From: Lingula anatina
Lineage: Eukaryota > Animalia > Brachiopoda
NCBI GenBank assembly: GCA_051362555.1
Contig: CM120648.1
Span: forward strand, 11,218,587 to 11,282,586
Length of the DNA stretch: 64,000 nucleotides
Direction: 5' to 3'
Part shown: piece by piece, positions 62,091 to 64,000 of the stretch
How positions within the stretch are numbered: position 1 is the stretch's first letter
Layout: each line of letters opens with the position of its first letter
Translations under genes and position numbers: made by a program
The notes under the pieces: model-generated
What the model was told of the DNA's origin: nothing
Database searches by the model: none
What the model saw: the letters and a program-made list of their open reading frames with translations, nothing else

Positions 62091-64000
62091 GCATGCATAC
62101 TAAGCTCCCGCATACATGTGTGTATATGGATCAGAGACCTAAACACAGGGCAAGAGACTCACTCTCTTAAAACAAAGGTGTTTGCACACAACCTTTGGCA
62201 TCATCAGGCAAGCCAGAATAACTATTACAGAAGTTTTAAACAGTTTTAAAGAAGACTAAGTTGACTAGGACTTGTGAACTAGATGAATGTTGCATAGCAA
62301 AATCCCAAAACAGCTGTCACCTGTACTATTTGACCAATTGGTTTTGGGTAGCAATCTCAGAGGAAGACCATGGTTGAGACTTAAGGACTGAAACTTGCAA
62401 AAGCAGCCCGTTTAATTCCACACAGTGACACACTGGCAAAGGAGTAAACATTATCTAGAGCAAAGTAGAATAAATCTAATTGTCTCTCAAAGAAAGACTA
62501 AAAGAGGTCAACAACTCGCTACAGCAAAATGAACAGACTTTGAAGCAAAATCACCATGAAATACTGACATAAACCCTGTAACACCTCCCTTGCTTGTAGA
62601 TTCTAAAACAGAACTTGCTTATAAAACATGGAAAAGATGAGCCATGAGAGAATCCGACGTTAGAAGACCTAGATACCAAATTGAGACATTCATTGCTGCA
62701 TAAGACTCTTAACTTGAGTGGTGACCATATTGAATATTGTAGACATGAAACTGGTTTAAAATATAAAAAATTAAACTTCTTAATAAAGTCTAACTTTTTA
62801 AAATTATGTATTCAAGAAATATTTGACGTAATGATTGTCCCAGCCCCATTATTTGAAAATCATTTGCAGTGGCACCCCATCTTGACTTTATTGATGTTTT
62901 TGGCCATTACTTACTAGCAAAAGGAGACTGGAATTCAATCAAATTAATTAAATGTATAACTTTTTAGAATTAACATTTGATTTCGATTATTTTTACTTTT
63001 TTATTTACATGAATGGCTTATGGTAAGAATTCACAGTTAATAGTAGTATGGTTGCCATCTTGGATATCCTGTCATATTTGAAACATTTGAAATATTTTAA
63101 ATAGAGAAAGCTTCGAAATCATACCAAAATAGGAAAAAGGAGTCTGCAATATATACGGTTTTTTCAAAAACGTACATTACGCCTTCTGTATTCATTTTCA
63201 ATGCAGTTTGATTTTTTCTCATTACGTACAGAGAATTTATGGGCAAAAAATCAGAAGGGATCATTTGTTCAATTCTGTAGCCTTCCAAAAATTTGAACTG
63301 AATTAAACAATACTGTAGATGAATTATTGCATGAAAAAGACATTCAATTTGAAATCTAGAAAGACATAAAGCTTTCGTTCATAATCAACTCACTATAATC
63401 AACTCTTTTTCATTGGTAGCCGTCATTGATTTATGGCAATCAAGTAAAATATGATGAATTTAAAGAAATATGAATGGTCAAAGTAGCAAGAAAGGCCTGG
63501 ATGTTAAAGATACATTAAAGATATACGTCACAGTGGTTTTAAAATAATGTTTCTTTAATTTCTCTCTCTATATATATTATTAGTAATGAATCAGATAAGT
63601 AAGCATATTTAATGTACGTAATAGCAGCCATCGTGAATATTAATTGCAATGTAGAAATCTGAGAAAGTTTCTTTGAAATAATTCAAAGAAAAAGTTATTT
63701 AGGATAAAAAGTAATTTAAAAATGAGTTCAAAAAAGTACAGAAATACTGTGTACGCAATTTAGTAAGGCTCTCAACGTGGTATTGTCCACACAGGTAGTT
63801 GCAGTTCATTTTCAACAATGGCCAACTTGGAATCATGATAAATGAAGCAAAAATAATCACTTTTTGACAGAATGAAGTGTCCAAGAAGCAAAATGAGATT
63901 GCAATACAGATAAATTTATCAAAAAATAAATATCTTTAATTTGCTAATTATTCAATTTGATGTTTTTCAACATGCAAATCAAAATAATGTATGTTTTGGA

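Larger units (their letters stand above)
58605..64000. mobile_element. Large composite repeat element in MICOS10 intron 2, with Helentron/HINE-like left end and long inverted arms (runs off the window)
   Basis: T-rich start, hairpin GTACCACCAGCG-TAGG-CGCTGGCGGTAC, about three CGGCTCCTG units, TTGACCTT motifs and recurrent TCCAAGATGGC. 60097-60342 is inverted at 63759-64000. That it is one single element is an inference. Confidence 0.55.

Overview
AT-rich, intron-dominated animal genomic DNA, probably invertebrate (taxon cannot be fixed from sequence). Nearly all entries in the ORF track are spurious. Three spliced genes can be assembled by hand from GT-AG boundaries with consistent phases. 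(1) The 5' part of a MEGF6-like gene on the minus strand: signal peptide plus an EMI domain split over exons at 40509-40615, 31505-31642 and 8944-9053, with very large introns, continuing off the left edge. (2) A complete 8-exon, 371-aa, ~8-TM membrane protein of unknown function on the minus strand (57164 to 46203). (3) Head-to-head with it across ~350 bp, MICOS10/MIC10 on the plus strand (exons 57514-57595 and 58189-58236; the rest is not clearly in the window). The introns hold many non-autonomous DNA transposons: PIF/Harbinger-type MITEs with 3-bp TSDs, CAG...CTG elements with 5-6-bp TSDs, Helentron-like pieces and several nested insertions. The most notable object is a 3.9-kb CCC...GGG element with a 2-bp TSD (52759-56674). 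Its ends are arrays of the palindrome TCCTATAGGA at 10-12-bp spacing, and it carries a decayed BEN-domain-like coding remnant. This suggests, as an inference, a transposon system in which a BEN protein reads its own terminal palindrome arrays.
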